A stretch of 64,000 nucleotides of DNA from an uncultured Bacteroidales bacterium (GCA_964544705.1 CAZJDA010000005.1:12661-76660), one strand, 5' to 3'. Positions 18,814 through 29,867 are shown, counted from the stretch's first letter. The notes: a model not told the origin generated them from the letters alone. Numbers and translations: made by a program.

Positions 18814-19152
18814 TTATTCTTTCAATAACTGGTCAATATTCTCGATATAATCCAGCGAATCATCTTCATAAAATTCTAATTCCGGGATTTTACGTACTTG
18901 GTTCTTGATCTTTTTTGCTAATTCATTCTTGATCAAATTGGATTTTGCCCTAACGGTTTCCAGTACATCGCTTTTATCCTTTACTGCAAAAACGCTAAGG
19001 TATACCCTTGCTATCGACAAGTCGCCTGTAAGCCTTACCTTGGTTATTGTTATCATAGCCCCGGGGTAAATGTCGTTGGCAAATCTTTGGAAAACATCTC
19101 CAATATCCTTTTGTAATTGGCGTCCTAACCTGTTTTGTCTATTTGTTTGCAT
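18814..19152 (-). CDS. rbfA: Ribosome-binding factor A
   Basis: The start is taken at MQTNRQNRLGRQLQKDIGDVF (19152). ITITKVRLTGDLSIARVYLSVF is the RbfA core. The longer ORF overlaps the upstream gene. Confidence 0.85.
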   Translation of the reverse strand: MQTNRQNRLGRQLQKDIGDVFQRFANDIYPGAMITITKVRLTGDLSIARVYLSVFAVKDKSDVLETVRAKSNLIKNELAKKIKNQVRKIPELEFYEDDSLDYIENIDQLLKE

Positions 19153-19231
19153 AATAGGCAAAATTACAAAAATAAAATGAGTGATGGATATAGATAGGAT
19201 TTTTTCACTCTTTATAGAAATGTTTTTATCT

Positions 19232-20698
19232 TCACTTAATTTCCAACCTTTGCAACCCTGCTTTGGCCTTTTGCTCAAGGCTGTTCTCATAAGTATGGTT
19301 CTTCATTTTAATACAAGAATGATAAAAATGAGCTGCTTTTTTTTTATCTCCTTGGGTTTCGCTAATAAATCCAAGCTGAAAAGCTGAATTGGCAGCAAAA
19401 TAAAATGGCGTTTCTTCTCCCAATTCAATGGTAAGTTTATAGTAAGCTTTTGCTTTTTTTAATTTCATTAGTTTATGGTAAACCCTTGCCAGCCTGTAAA
19501 TGTATTCCAAATGATGTTCTTGGGTAATGAACTCTTTTTTGTGTTGAGCGTTAACCAATATCTCCAAGGCTTTTTTATAATATCCTCCATCAAAAGCCAA
19601 CCTGCTCTTAAGCAATGAAACGCAAGGTAGTTGCATCCTTTCTGCTTCTTTTTGAGCTTGGCGGTCAGCATCAAAAAGCAGGTCTCCATTGGCTTTAATC
19701 TTTTTCAAATAGAAAAGATAATCGTTTGTATCTCCCTTTATCAGGGCATTCCATGCAAGTTTTTGATAAGCTGATTTAACAAAATGCCTTGGATGGGTTT
19801 GAATATACTTTTTAAAATCTGCTGTATCATTTCCATTTAAATCGCTTAACCCTATTAAACCCCGCATATAGCTTAGGTAAGGCAGCTTGCAAATAGCTGC
19901 CTGGTCAAGCACCTTTTTGGCTTTGTTTGTCTTACCTGCGTTGATAAAAGCATCAGCTTGCAAATAATTAATAATTGGGTTGTGTGATGGGTAATTTAAA
20001 TAGGAGGGAAATTTATCTTTTTGGAGATTTTCCGGTAAAGAATTAGACCGGGTAATATATTTAATAAAGATAGCTTCTGTCTTCAAATGCTTCCATTTTT
20101 CCTGGTTTGTGGCTTCGTAAAACCGGCTAATCTGTTCTGCGCCTTGTTCTATCGAACCTTGATACCCTGCAAGATTAAATATCCATTTGTATTCTTTGGG
20201 CATAGTATCGATAAGAACATGAATGGCGCCAAGGTATTTTAAATTAGGTATGAAGCCGGGAAATAATTCCATGTTTTTTTTTAAAGCCTTATAACCTTGT
20301 GCAATCTCTATTGCAGCTTTTAAGAAATCTTTATGTTTAAGCCTTACAAGCGCCCAATGAAAATTTATTTCAGCTATAGCAAATAATTTATAAGGTGAGG
20401 TAGCAGTATCGTTTTCTATGATTTGAAGTCTTTCCTCTTTTAAAGGCTTTTTTTCAAGATACTGGTTAAAATCTTCATTAATGAACAATTGAAAACAGTC
20501 CTTATAGTTTTCTAGGTAATACGTTATGGAGTTGCCTGGATGCTGTTGTTTCTCTTTTTCAATGAAGTGGGTTGCGATAGAAAAATCCAGGTTTATCATA
20601 TTAAGATAAGCCTGCTTGCAATTTTGATTAAATGAAAAATATGAATACACCGGTAAAGTGAAAACAAATAGTATGGCAAAAATTACCGGTTTTTTCAT
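19232..20698 (-). CDS. TPR-like repeat protein with signal peptide (hypothetical)
   Basis: 488 aa. The N-terminal signal is MKKPVIFAILFVFTLPVYS. The rest is helical-repeat-like sequence. Confidence 0.6.
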   Translation of the reverse strand: MKKPVIFAILFVFTLPVYSYFSFNQNCKQAYLNMINLDFSIATHFIEKEKQQHPGNSITYYLENYKDCFQLFINEDFNQYLEKKPLKEERLQIIENDTATSPYKLFAIAEINFHWALVRLKHKDFLKAAIEIAQGYKALKKNMELFPGFIPNLKYLGAIHVLIDTMPKEYKWIFNLAGYQGSIEQGAEQISRFYEATNQEKWKHLKTEAIFIKYITRSNSLPENLQKDKFPSYLNYPSHNPIINYLQADAFINAGKTNKAKKVLDQAAICKLPYLSYMRGLIGLSDLNGNDTADFKKYIQTHPRHFVKSAYQKLAWNALIKGDTNDYLFYLKKIKANGDLLFDADRQAQKEAERMQLPCVSLLKSRLAFDGGYYKKALEILVNAQHKKEFITQEHHLEYIYRLARVYHKLMKLKKAKAYYKLTIELGEETPFYFAANSAFQLGFISETQGDKKKAAHFYHSCIKMKNHTYENSLEQKAKAGLQRLEIK

Positions 20699-20727
20699 TC
20701 AAACAATAACTAAGATTGCTTTAAAAA

Positions 20728-21555
20728 TTATTGCTCTTCTGCCATTTCAGCGATGATATCATCAACAAGAATACGTCCGCAATACTCACATACGATAATT
20801 TTTTTATGCATCCTTATATCGAGTTGGCGCTGTGGAGGAATTTTGTTGAAACAGCCTCCGCAAGCATCTCTTTCTATCTTCACAACAGCAAGCCCGTTAC
20901 GAGCATTTTTCCTAATGCGTTTATAAGCTGCAAGCAACCGTTCTTCAATGATCTCACTATTTTTTTCGGAAAGCGATATCAGTTCTTTTTCTTCTTTCTC
21001 TGTATCAGCTACAATATCATCAAGTTCTTTCTTTTTAGACATCAGGTCATTCTTTCTCTCATCAAGTTTCTTCTTAGATTCCTCCATTAAGTCTTCAACA
21101 TTCTTGATTTTTTGTTTCGTCTCGTTGATGCGTTTTTCGGTTAATTCAATTTCTAAATTCTGGAATTCAATTTCTTTTTCTAACGATTCAAACTCCCTGT
21201 TGTTTTTAACCTGTTTACGTTGCTCATCATATTTCTTGATAAGGCCTTGACTGTCTTTTATCGCGTTTTTTCTTTCTGTTATTGACTTTTCTAAAGACTT
21301 AATTTCATCTTCATGCTTTCTTATACGTGTTTCAAGTCCGCTAACTTCGTCATCCAAGTCTTCTACCTCAAGGGGTAATTCTCCTCGTATTATTCTTATC
21401 TTATCTGCCTTACTATCAATTTTTTGTAATGTATAAAGCGCAGTAAGTTTCTTTTCTATAGTAACATCGGCATTTTCTCTTATAGCCTGTTCCGAAACTT
21501 CTTTTTGTTTATTGGATTGTTTTTTTGCTTTTCCTCTTGCTTTTGCTTTCGCCAT
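20728..21555 (-). CDS. Coiled-coil protein with a C-terminal C4 zinc ribbon (COG1579/DUF164-like)
   Basis: 275 aa. A long charged coiled coil precedes CGGCFNKIPPQ..VCEYCGRIL. It is adjacent to a Nif3 gene, a common pairing. Confidence 0.8.
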   Translation of the reverse strand: MAKAKARGKAKKQSNKQKEVSEQAIRENADVTIEKKLTALYTLQKIDSKADKIRIIRGELPLEVEDLDDEVSGLETRIRKHEDEIKSLEKSITERKNAIKDSQGLIKKYDEQRKQVKNNREFESLEKEIEFQNLEIELTEKRINETKQKIKNVEDLMEESKKKLDERKNDLMSKKKELDDIVADTEKEEKELISLSEKNSEIIEERLLAAYKRIRKNARNGLAVVKIERDACGGCFNKIPPQRQLDIRMHKKIIVCEYCGRILVDDIIAEMAEEQ

Positions 21556-21582
21556 AATTATATTTTGATTAAAATGATTGAA

Positions 21583-22677
21583 CTAATAATAATATACTGG
21601 GTTTGTATTGGTTTTTGAAATTAAAACTGCAAAATTAGGAAATTTTTCCCGAATAACATCAAACAATAATTCAGTTGTAAATTGTTCACTCTCATAATGT
21701 CCTATATCGGCGAGAATAATTTTTTTGCCAGCATCAAAAAACTGGTGGTATTTAATATCGCCGGTCATAAAAATATCAGCTCCGGCTGATATAGCATCTT
21801 TTAAGAGAAACGAACCAGCTCCACCGCATACAGCCACCTTCTTAATGCTTGTATGTTTTGATTTGGTGTGTTTGATAACCGGTATTTGAAATATTTTTTT
21901 CATGATTTCAAAAAAGATTGGAACCTCCATTTCTTCTTCAAGATTACCAATAATGCCGCTTCCCGCCCTGTCAAATTCATTGGCAAGTGGGTAAACGTCA
22001 TAGGCTACTTCTTCGTAAGGATGAGCATCAATCATAGCTTTTATTACATTCTTTAATAAATAAGAAGGAAGGATGGTCTCTATCCTTAATTCTTTCTCAA
22101 AATGTACCTCCCCTTTTTTTCCAACAAAAGGGTTGGACTCCGCTCCGGCCTTAAAAGAACCTAGCCCTTCCGCGTTAAAACTGCAATAGTCATAATCTCC
22201 AATGGTTCCTGCACCTGCATGAAACATGGCAAGGCGCACATCATCAGCATGCTCAACCGGGCAAAATACAACAAGTTTAAGAAGTTTATCTTGCATAGGC
22301 CTTAATATCTTCGTGTTTTTCAAACCCATCTTCTTGGCAATTTTAAAATTCACACCTCCAAAACAATTGTCTAAATTGGTGTGAGCGGCGTAAATAGAAA
22401 TATTGTTTTTAATGGCTTTGATAAGTGTTCGCTCAACAAAGTTTTTACCATTGATCTTTTTTAATCCTCCAAAAATCAATGGGTGATGAGAAACTATTAA
22501 ATCACAATTTTCTTTAATCGCTTCATCTATTACCTCCTCGGTACAATCCACACTTACAAGAACTTTTTGCACTTCATCCGTTGGGTTTCCATATATCAAG
22601 CCCGAGTTATCATAATCTTCTTGTAAAGAAATGTTGGCTTTTGTTTCTATTGCCGAAATAATGTCTTTAATTTTCAT
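21583..22677 (-). CDS. Nif3-like dinuclear metal centre protein
   Basis: 364 aa. DYDNSGL, VSHHPLIF and GHYESE are present, with an inserted PII-like domain. Confidence 0.9.
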   Translation of the reverse strand: MKIKDIISAIETKANISLQEDYDNSGLIYGNPTDEVQKVLVSVDCTEEVIDEAIKENCDLIVSHHPLIFGGLKKINGKNFVERTLIKAIKNNISIYAAHTNLDNCFGGVNFKIAKKMGLKNTKILRPMQDKLLKLVVFCPVEHADDVRLAMFHAGAGTIGDYDYCSFNAEGLGSFKAGAESNPFVGKKGEVHFEKELRIETILPSYLLKNVIKAMIDAHPYEEVAYDVYPLANEFDRAGSGIIGNLEEEMEVPIFFEIMKKIFQIPVIKHTKSKHTSIKKVAVCGGAGSFLLKDAISAGADIFMTGDIKYHQFFDAGKKIILADIGHYESEQFTTELLFDVIREKFPNFAVLISKTNTNPVYYY

Positions 22678-23207
22678 GGGTTTAATTATCTATTTGATTG
22701 TTCTACAATTTGATACATTCGTTAATCTTGCATTCGTTATCTACCAGGTATTATTCCATGCAATGACTGTTTCATTAAGGATGAATTTTTATATGCTTAT
22801 AGACGCATTTTTTATTTACATTTGACATTTTAGTATAATGGATAAAAATAATAAATCCTAATTGAATAACATCAATTTCCATGGAAATATTATCCAACAA
22901 ACACCCCAGGGCAATACTTAGCAGAAATTATAGATAAATCCGTCATCTATTTGTTTCCCGGAAGCTTCTCTATTGTTGATGACTACATGAAAGAACTTCT
23001 TGGTTCTATGGAAGATACATTATTTATGTTTCATGGGCTGGACATCCACCAGTAATTATATCTTTATTTTTATTGGATGATTGTATCTATTATACCAAAC
23101 CGCTATCATGGATAATTCGTGTTATCCGTAATGCATCAAAATTAATATTTATTTGATGCACAAATTTTCTCTTTACCATTTTTGTTAAAAAAATTCATTA
23201 CAATCCT

Positions 23208-23215
23208 TATCTTTG
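23208..23215 (+). promoter_or_regulatory. -7 box TATCTTTG upstream of lysS
   Basis: Exact TAnnTTTG, 25 nt upstream of the lysS ATG. A TTTG at 23181-23184 is a possible -33 element. Confidence 0.5.
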
Positions 23216-23239
23216 CAAAAATTTTTAAATACATGATTT

Positions 23240-24958
23240 ATGGAACTGAGCGAACAGGAAATTGTACGAAGGAAATCGATGGAAAGGCTTAAGGCTTTGG
23301 GTATTGATCCTTACCCGGCCGAAACTTTTGAAGTTACAGCTTATGCAAAAGAAATAAAAGAAAAATTTCCTAAAGATAACTCCCTTTTCCAGGATGTGAA
23401 AATTGCTGGCCGTATCATTAGCCGCAGGATCATGGGAAAAGCCTCTTTCGCAGAGATACAAGACAGCACAGGAAAAATACAGGTGTATTTCAACAGGGAT
23501 GAGATATGCCCTGGTGAGGACAAAACGCTTTACAACGAGGTGTTTAAGAAACTTCTTGATATTGGTGATATCATTGGTATAAATGGCTATGTTTTCACAA
23601 CTCAAATGGGTGAGATCACCGTTCATGTGAAATTTTTCAAGGTATTGTGTAAATCATTGCGCCCATTGCCTATTGTAAAAGAAAAGGAAGGAAAAGTGTA
23701 TGATGCTTTTTCTGACCCTGACCAGCGTTACAGGCAAAGATATGTTGACCTTATTGTTAATCCACAAGTAAAAGAAACATTTGTAAAACGCAGCCGGATG
23801 ATCAACTCTATGCGTGAATACCTTGACAACAAGGGTTATTTGGAAGTTGAAACGCCCATTCTCCAGCCTCTTTATGGCGGCGCTGCAGCACGGCCTTTCA
23901 AAACCCATCATAACACCCTTGATATGACGCTTTATCTTAGGATAGCCAACGAGCTTTACCTTAAAAGGCTTATCGTGGGAGGTTTTGATGGAGTATATGA
24001 GTTTTCAAAGGATTTTAGGAACGAAGGGATGAGCCGTTTTCACAACCCCGAGTTCACCCAAGTAGAACTTTATGTAGCATACAAGGATTACGAATGGATG
24101 ATGGACCTTGTAGAAGAAATGATAGAAAAAGTAGCGATGGATATTCATGGTACTACCGAAATACAAGTAGGAACGAATATAGTCAACTTTAAAAGGCCAT
24201 GGAAAAGGTTCACCATGTTTGAAGTGATTGAGCATTTTACCGCGATAGATATCTCTGGGATGGATGAAAAACAATTGCGCCAAACAGCCCAAAAATTGGG
24301 CGTAGAATTGGACGAATTTATGGGTAAAGGAAAGATTATTGATGAAATATTTGGCGAGAAGTGCGAACCCAATCTTATCCAACCTACTTTTATTACGGAT
24401 TATCCTATTGAAATGTCACCCCTTGCTAAAAAGCACCGCGATAAAGAAGGATTGGTAGAACGTTTTGAAGCCATTTGCAATGGAAAAGAGATTTGTAATG
24501 CATTTAGCGAGCTTAATGACCCTGTAGATCAACGCCGCCGTTTTGAAGAGCAACTGGAACTGGGCAAAAGAGGCGATAAAGAAGCCATGACGCTTGATGA
24601 GGACTTCTTGAGGTCGATAGAAACGGGTATGCCTCCAACAGCAGGACTTGGAATTGGCATTGACAGGCTTGCCATGATCATGACCAATGCCAATTCTATC
24701 CAAGACGTACTCTTCTTTCCCCAAATGAGGCCGGAGAAAAAAGCGCCCCAGGCCACGGATGAAGATTTTACACGTATAGGTATACCCGCTGAATGGGTGC
24801 CGGTCATCAGAAAAGCTGGGTATAAAACACCTGCCGACCTTAAAAATGTAAAGCATACAAAACTTTTTAACGACTTGGGAGGCTTAAGGAAAAAGATGAA
24901 GCTTGATATCCCCGTTCCCAAACCGGAAGAAATAAAAAAATGGATAGAAGCCATATAA
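23240..24958 (+). CDS. lysS: Lysine--tRNA ligase (class II) with the C-terminal extension usual in this phylum
   Basis: 572 aa. The OB-fold N-domain and class II motifs ([14 protein letters not shown]) are present. Confidence 0.95.
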   Translation: MELSEQEIVRRKSMERLKALGIDPYPAETFEVTAYAKEIKEKFPKDNSLFQDVKIAGRIISRRIMGKASFAEIQDSTGKIQVYFNRDEICPGEDKTLYNEVFKKLLDIGDIIGINGYVFTTQMGEITVHVKFFKVLCKSLRPLPIVKEKEGKVYDAFSDPDQRYRQRYVDLIVNPQVKETFVKRSRMINSMREYLDNKGYLEVETPILQPLYGGAAARPFKTHHNTLDMTLYLRIANELYLKRLIVGGFDGVYEFSKDFRNEGMSRFHNPEFTQVELYVAYKDYEWMMDLVEEMIEKVAMDIHGTTEIQVGTNIVNFKRPWKRFTMFEVIEHFTAIDISGMDEKQLRQTAQKLGVELDEFMGKGKIIDEIFGEKCEPNLIQPTFITDYPIEMSPLAKKHRDKEGLVERFEAICNGKEICNAFSELNDPVDQRRRFEEQLELGKRGDKEAMTLDEDFLRSIETGMPPTAGLGIGIDRLAMIMTNANSIQDVLFFPQMRPEKKAPQATDEDFTRIGIPAEWVPVIRKAGYKTPADLKNVKHTKLFNDLGGLRKKMKLDIPVPKPEEIKKWIEAI

Positions 24959-24988
24959 ATCCATAGTATTTTTTTATCTTTGAAGGAA

Positions 24989-25030
24989 AACAGGCACTGT
25001 AATTTTTTTTGGCAGTGCTGTTTTTTATTT
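24989..25030 (+). terminator. Rho-independent terminator after lysS
   Basis: aacaggcactg pairs with cagtgctgtt with one bulge. A TTTTTTATTT run follows. Confidence 0.65.
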
Positions 25031-25074
25031 GTTTGAAATCATTTAAATTAGCACTATTAAATAGATTACCGATT

Positions 25075-27297
25075 ATGGACCCCAAAAAGATACATAATGC
25101 GCACAAGCGTTTTGTAGGCCATATTTTTAACAATAGGCTGCATGATGCTTTTCGCATACAGAATAAATTTCTTGGACTCATCAATGACCAATACCTGCAA
25201 GTACAAACAGAAAAATACAGGGACAATTATAAAAATATTTTGCAATATTCATTTCGTGGCGGTAAAGATCCTGGGCGTGAAAAGATTATCAAAAACCTAA
25301 AACGCTCCCTCTTGGAATTGGGCGAAAAAACCAAAGAGTCCGTTATGGCAGGAGTTTCAGGTTTGCAAATGTACCAAGTAAAATGGAATATAGATAACAC
25401 CCTTAAAACTGAGTACGAAAATGCATTTGCAAAAATGGAAAACTTGGCCTTAACAGACGATCTTTCAGATATTCTAAAAAATACCCAAATTTCTACTTCC
25501 ACAGAAGAAAAGACTGAGATTGAAAGGCTCACAATTGACCGGATTTTTGAATATTTATGGCTTAAAGACAATTATTCTGATGAGGACATAAGGCTGTTGA
25601 CATTAATCAAGGACTCACAACACATCGCAAAGGTTTACAAGTGCTTGGTTGTAAGCGCATTAACCCTAAGTACTCTCCGGTATTTTAATCCTGGCAAACT
25701 TATACTATTAATAAATTTTTATCAATATAATGACGGCCAGGTATGGCAAAGAGCCTTGATAGGACTGGTATTTGCTTTGTATAGAAACGATGATCGCTTT
25801 TTTTTATACCCGGAATTAAAAGATAAAATTGAACAGCTAAAAGAAGAAACCCAAATAAGTTTTCAACTAAAAGATGTTTACCTTCAATTGCTCAAAGCCA
25901 GGGAAACAGAAAAGATATCACAAAAATGGGAAGAAGAGATCATGCCTGAAGTGATGAAAATGAAACCCAAACTTGAAGATAAGCTGGACTTAGATAATAT
26001 TATCTCGGACAAATTCACCGAAGATGAAAACCCGGATTGGTCATCTTTTTTTGAAGATTCGCCTGACCTGCTCGACAAGCTTGCACAATTTTCTCAAATG
26101 CAGATGGAGGGCTCCGATGTTTTTATGGGAACTTTTGCCAAACTCAAAAATTATCCATTCTTTCAAAATATTTCCAATTGGTTTGTGCCTTTTTATAAAG
26201 AACATGAAGCTGTAGCAGATGTCGTGAATAAAGAAACAAGTAAAGTAGATATTAACCCGCTTATTGAAAATCTTGAAAAAACTTTTTTCATGTGCAACTC
26301 GGATAAATATTCTTTTTGTCTTAACCTGAAACATATGCCCGATGCACAAAAATCTATGATGACCGAACTTTACAAGCAAGAACTTAGTAGTATAAAGGAA
26401 GTGGGCAAAGAAGATGAAATGCTTGAACCTTCAAAAAAGGATAAAAACATTTATGCGCAGTACATCCAAGATTTTTACAGGTTTTTCAAATTGCATCCTT
26501 ACAAAAATGAAATGGACGATATTTTCAATACGAGGCTTGACTTGTATAATTGCGGGTTTTTTTGGCAAATATCAAACGACAAAGAGTTTATAAGAAAAAT
26601 TGCAGAGTTCAATTTTCAAAAAAAACACTTTGGTGAAGCTATTGAACTATTTATGATGCTCTACGACCAGGAACCTGAAAACGCTGAGGTCATAGAAAAA
26701 ATTGCTTATGCTTACCAAAAACAAAACAACTTTGAGGAAGCCTTAAAGTATTACCTAAAAGCAGACCTTCTTCAAACCAATAAACTATGGGTGATGAAGA
26801 AAATCGCCCTTTGCTATAGAAAAAACGGGGATTATGAAAAAGCCCTGCAATATTACTTGGAAGCTGAAAAATCTAAGCCCGAAGATGTTTACATCCTTGC
26901 CAATATAGGACACACCTATTTGCAATTAAAAGATTATGACAACGCGCTTAAGTATTACTTTAAGGTAGAGTATTTATCTCCTGCGAACGAGAAAATACAA
27001 AGGCCTATTGCTTGGTGTTCTTTTGTTTTGGGAAAATTCGACTCGGCAAACAGGTATTTGAATAAACTTTTGGCCAAAGAGCAGAATAAATATGACTTAA
27101 TGAACAAAGGGCACGTAGAGTGGTGCACCGGCAACATCCAAAACGCCATGGAGTATTACAAAAAATGTATTACAGCTAATGAAAATGATATTGAATCGTT
27201 TTCGAGCGCCTATGATTCTGACAGGAATTACCTTGAAACACACGGAATACAACCCCTGGATATGGATTTAATGCTGGATGCATTAAAAGAAATGTAG
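25075..27297 (+). CDS. Large TPR-repeat protein (hypothetical)
   Basis: The C-terminal third has clear TPR units (AYAYQKQNNFEEALKYYLKA, CYRKNGDYEKALQYYLEA, GHTYLQLKDYDNALKYYFKV). The ATG at 25075 is preferred because the TTG-extended ORF overlaps the lysS terminator. Confidence 0.65.
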   Translation: MDPKKIHNAHKRFVGHIFNNRLHDAFRIQNKFLGLINDQYLQVQTEKYRDNYKNILQYSFRGGKDPGREKIIKNLKRSLLELGEKTKESVMAGVSGLQMYQVKWNIDNTLKTEYENAFAKMENLALTDDLSDILKNTQISTSTEEKTEIERLTIDRIFEYLWLKDNYSDEDIRLLTLIKDSQHIAKVYKCLVVSALTLSTLRYFNPGKLILLINFYQYNDGQVWQRALIGLVFALYRNDDRFFLYPELKDKIEQLKEETQISFQLKDVYLQLLKARETEKISQKWEEEIMPEVMKMKPKLEDKLDLDNIISDKFTEDENPDWSSFFEDSPDLLDKLAQFSQMQMEGSDVFMGTFAKLKNYPFFQNISNWFVPFYKEHEAVADVVNKETSKVDINPLIENLEKTFFMCNSDKYSFCLNLKHMPDAQKSMMTELYKQELSSIKEVGKEDEMLEPSKKDKNIYAQYIQDFYRFFKLHPYKNEMDDIFNTRLDLYNCGFFWQISNDKEFIRKIAEFNFQKKHFGEAIELFMMLYDQEPENAEVIEKIAYAYQKQNNFEEALKYYLKADLLQTNKLWVMKKIALCYRKNGDYEKALQYYLEAEKSKPEDVYILANIGHTYLQLKDYDNALKYYFKVEYLSPANEKIQRPIAWCSFVLGKFDSANRYLNKLLAKEQNKYDLMNKGHVEWCTGNIQNAMEYYKKCITANENDIESFSSAYDSDRNYLETHGIQPLDMDLMLDALKEM

Positions 27298-27474
27298 CAA
27301 TTTTATAACGCGTTTCTAACTCCAATCTCTTGAAACTTACACATGGATGGACATTCAGCTTTTGTTTTCAAGAATATATGCATTTGAAAATTATTATTAA
27401 TTTTGTAGTTTATTTCTTGTAAGATTAATTTATTTTGTATATTTAATTATTTAACTGGAAATCAATAAAATAAT

Positions 27475-27942
27475 ATGTTTGGCAAGAAAAAATCTAAACA
27501 ACAACATACAACAAAAAATACTATGGCAAAAAATACAACACAAGAAGCACAGTCCAATACTGTTAACTTAATAGGTTCAGGCACAACCATTAAAGGCGAA
27601 GTAAACTCCGACGGCGATATTCGCATCGACGGAACACTTATTGGAACAGTTAATTCAAAAGGAAAACTCGTTGTTGGCAAATCAGGTAAGGTTGACGGCG
27701 AGGTAAATTGCAAAAACGCTGATTTTTCCGGCGATGTCAAGGCTAAGGTAAACGTTACGGAGTTGCTATCATTAAAAGCCTCAACAAAACTTAGGGGCGA
27801 TGTGGTTACCAGCAAATTAGCTGTTGAACCCGGCGCTATTTTTACAGGTTCTTGCAAAATGAGCAACGAAAACGAAAAACCCAATGTCTCAACAAACTTC
27901 GAACCACCAAAAACGCCCCCAAAAGACAAAAAAGGCGTTTGA
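27475..27942 (+). CDS. Bactofilin-family polymer-forming protein
   Basis: 155 aa. It has the beta-helical repeat pattern IGSGTTIKGEVNSDGDIRIDGTLIGTVNSKGKLVVGKSGKVDGEV and a Pro/Lys-rich tail. Confidence 0.85.
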   Translation: MFGKKKSKQQHTTKNTMAKNTTQEAQSNTVNLIGSGTTIKGEVNSDGDIRIDGTLIGTVNSKGKLVVGKSGKVDGEVNCKNADFSGDVKAKVNVTELLSLKASTKLRGDVVTSKLAVEPGAIFTGSCKMSNENEKPNVSTNFEPPKTPPKDKKGV

Positions 27943-28135
27943 TAATTACATCAAATACTCTAGTATTGCCTTGCAAATGATGGTAATCATTACCGCAGGA
28001 GTATTAGGCGGGTTCAAACTAGACCAATACGTAAATATCGGGTTCCCGCTTTTTACATTATTGTTTGCAATGATTGCAATTGCTGTTGCTATTTATCTAG
28101 CAATTAAAGATGTTATTAAGCAAGATAAAAAATAA
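27884..28135 (+). CDS. atpZ: AtpZ/AtpI-family small membrane protein
   Basis: 83 aa. It has a basic N-terminus, then YIKYSSIALQMMVIITAGVLGGFKLDQ and a second TM. It overlaps the bactofilin 3' end by 59 nt in another frame. Confidence 0.65.
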   Translation: MSQQTSNHQKRPQKTKKAFDNYIKYSSIALQMMVIITAGVLGGFKLDQYVNIGFPLFTLLFAMIAIAVAIYLAIKDVIKQDKK

Positions 28136-28252
28136 TTGTTGGTTTTTCATAACAAGTTCGTTGAGCAATGTATTTTAAGGATAAATATTTATATGCATAT
28201 AAAAAAGTAAATTAACAATTATTAATTTAGACAGGATCAAATATTCAAACTT

Positions 28253-28666
28253 ATGAAGAAACATTTTAAGAATTTTGTAAGAAATATAGCCATCCTTACT
28301 ATGGTACTTGCAGTTATAGCTTTGGCCATGTATTACCTTGCCCCCAACAAATATCTTACTCCAACCCTGCCATACCAAATCGTGTTTTTCTTGGTGATAA
28401 CCTTGGGATTGCACTATTTTCTACTTAATTCAGCAGAGAATAAAAAAAGGGTGAAATTCATTTCCAGCTTTATGCTTGTTACCACAGTTAAACTCCTGGT
28501 TTTTCTTGCTATCATCCTTATTTACGCATTTCAAGCCCCACATGATGCTGTTACATTTTTAATCACATTCTTTATATTGTACATGCTATATACCATATTT
28601 GAAATCATTTCCATCCTAAAATTCATTAAACCGGGGCGTTATGAAGAAAAACCCCCCAGCGGTTAA
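28253..28666 (+). CDS. Hypothetical 4-TM membrane protein preceding atpB
   Basis: 137 aa and hydrophobic. It sits in the atp operon leader region. Confidence 0.5.
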   Translation: MKKHFKNFVRNIAILTMVLAVIALAMYYLAPNKYLTPTLPYQIVFFLVITLGLHYFLLNSAENKKRVKFISSFMLVTTVKLLVFLAIILIYAFQAPHDAVTFLITFFILYMLYTIFEIISILKFIKPGRYEEKPPSG

Positions 28667-28751
28667 TAAAAATTTATTGGATATTCAATTTGTGTTTGTG
28701 AAATAATCAGTATATTTCGGCTTTGTTTTTAGGATATCAAAAGTTAGTGCG

Positions 28752-29867
28752 ATGAAAGGAAAAAACTTCCAGTATATAGCAGCTATTTTGGTTTTATTAT
28801 TGGTCTTTCCTATAATTAATTTGCATAGTGAAGAGGGCAATAATCAGGTGGGAACACACCAAGAACCCGATGCACCCCATGAAAAGGAAGGCTTTAATGC
28901 CGGAGAAATGATTCTTGATCACGTTAAAGATTCTTACGAGTGGCATATTTTTACAATAGGCGAAACGCATGTATCAATTTATTTACCTGTAATCTTATAC
29001 AATAACCAAACAGGCAACCTTGATATCTTTTGCTCCAAACATTTTCATCATGGGCATTCCGCTTATAAAGGGTATCATATAGCACAAGAAGGTAAAAACA
29101 AGGGAAAAATTGTTTTTACTGATGCCAATGGCCATAAATCCTTACCCCTTGATTTTTCTATTACAAAAACGGTTTTGGCTATCATGATATCGGCAATATT
29201 GCTTATGATTATGTTTATCTCTATAGCCAACCGGTATAAAAAACGCGGAAAACGGGCGCCAAAAGGTTTGCAGTCTATATTAGAACCGGTTATTCTCTTT
29301 ATCAGGGATGATATTGCCATACCTTCCATCGGGAAAGAGAAACACCAAAGATATTTGCCATACCTGCTTACAATATTCTTTTTTATCCTTTTTAATAATA
29401 TTTTAGGAATTATCCCTATATTTCCAGGTGGAGCCAATGTAACAGGCAACATCACGGTAACGGGTACCATGGCAATGTTTACATTTATCCTTACTAATGC
29501 TATGGGAAACAAGAATTATTGGAAGCATATTTTTAACACACCCGGTATTCCATGGTGGCTTAAATTTCCCATACCGCTTGTACCTATCGTAGAACTTTTG
29601 GGTATGTTCACAAAACCAGTGGTACTGATGATACGACTTTTTGCCAATATATTTGCCGGGCATCTTATAATCCTCGGGTTTATCAGTTTAATATTTGTTT
29701 TTGGGGCTACTAACATGTGGTTGGGATATGGCGTGTCTGTCATTTCCGTAGTTTTCGGATTGTTTATAAGCCTGTTAGAATTGCTTGTAGCATTTATCCA
29801 GGCTTACGTATTTACCATATTATCTGCCTTGTATTTTGGCATGTCAACAGAAGAAGAGCATCATTAA
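28752..29867 (+). CDS. atpB: F0F1 ATP synthase subunit a
   Basis: 371 aa. MIRLFANIFAGHLI contains the conserved Arg, and there is a C-terminal TM bundle. Confidence 0.9.
   Translation: MKGKNFQYIAAILVLLLVFPIINLHSEEGNNQVGTHQEPDAPHEKEGFNAGEMILDHVKDSYEWHIFTIGETHVSIYLPVILYNNQTGNLDIFCSKHFHHGHSAYKGYHIAQEGKNKGKIVFTDANGHKSLPLDFSITKTVLAIMISAILLMIMFISIANRYKKRGKRAPKGLQSILEPVILFIRDDIAIPSIGKEKHQRYLPYLLTIFFFILFNNILGIIPIFPGGANVTGNITVTGTMAMFTFILTNAMGNKNYWKHIFNTPGIPWWLKFPIPLVPIVELLGMFTKPVVLMIRLFANIFAGHLIILGFISLIFVFGATNMWLGYGVSVISVVFGLFISLLELLVAFIQAYVFTILSALYFGMSTEEEHH

Noticed and set aside
22870-23055. A 61-codon open frame without a start codon (..GQYLAEIIDKSVIYLFPGSFSIVDDYMKELLGSMEDTLFMFHGLDIHQ*) in the Nif3-lysS gap
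   Set aside because: It has no ATG, GTG or TTG near its 5' end and no recognisable family. It may be a gene remnant, but I cannot support a call.
24700-24958. C-terminal ~70-aa extension of LysRS as a novelty
   Set aside because: To my knowledge, LysRS proteins of about 570-580 aa with this kind of tail are the norm in Bacteroidota.
27462-27929. A 155-aa ORF exactly antisense to the bactofilin gene
   Set aside because: It mirrors a repetitive, compositionally biased coding region. The plus-strand product has a clear bactofilin repeat pattern. The antisense product is low-complexity with no recognisable features.
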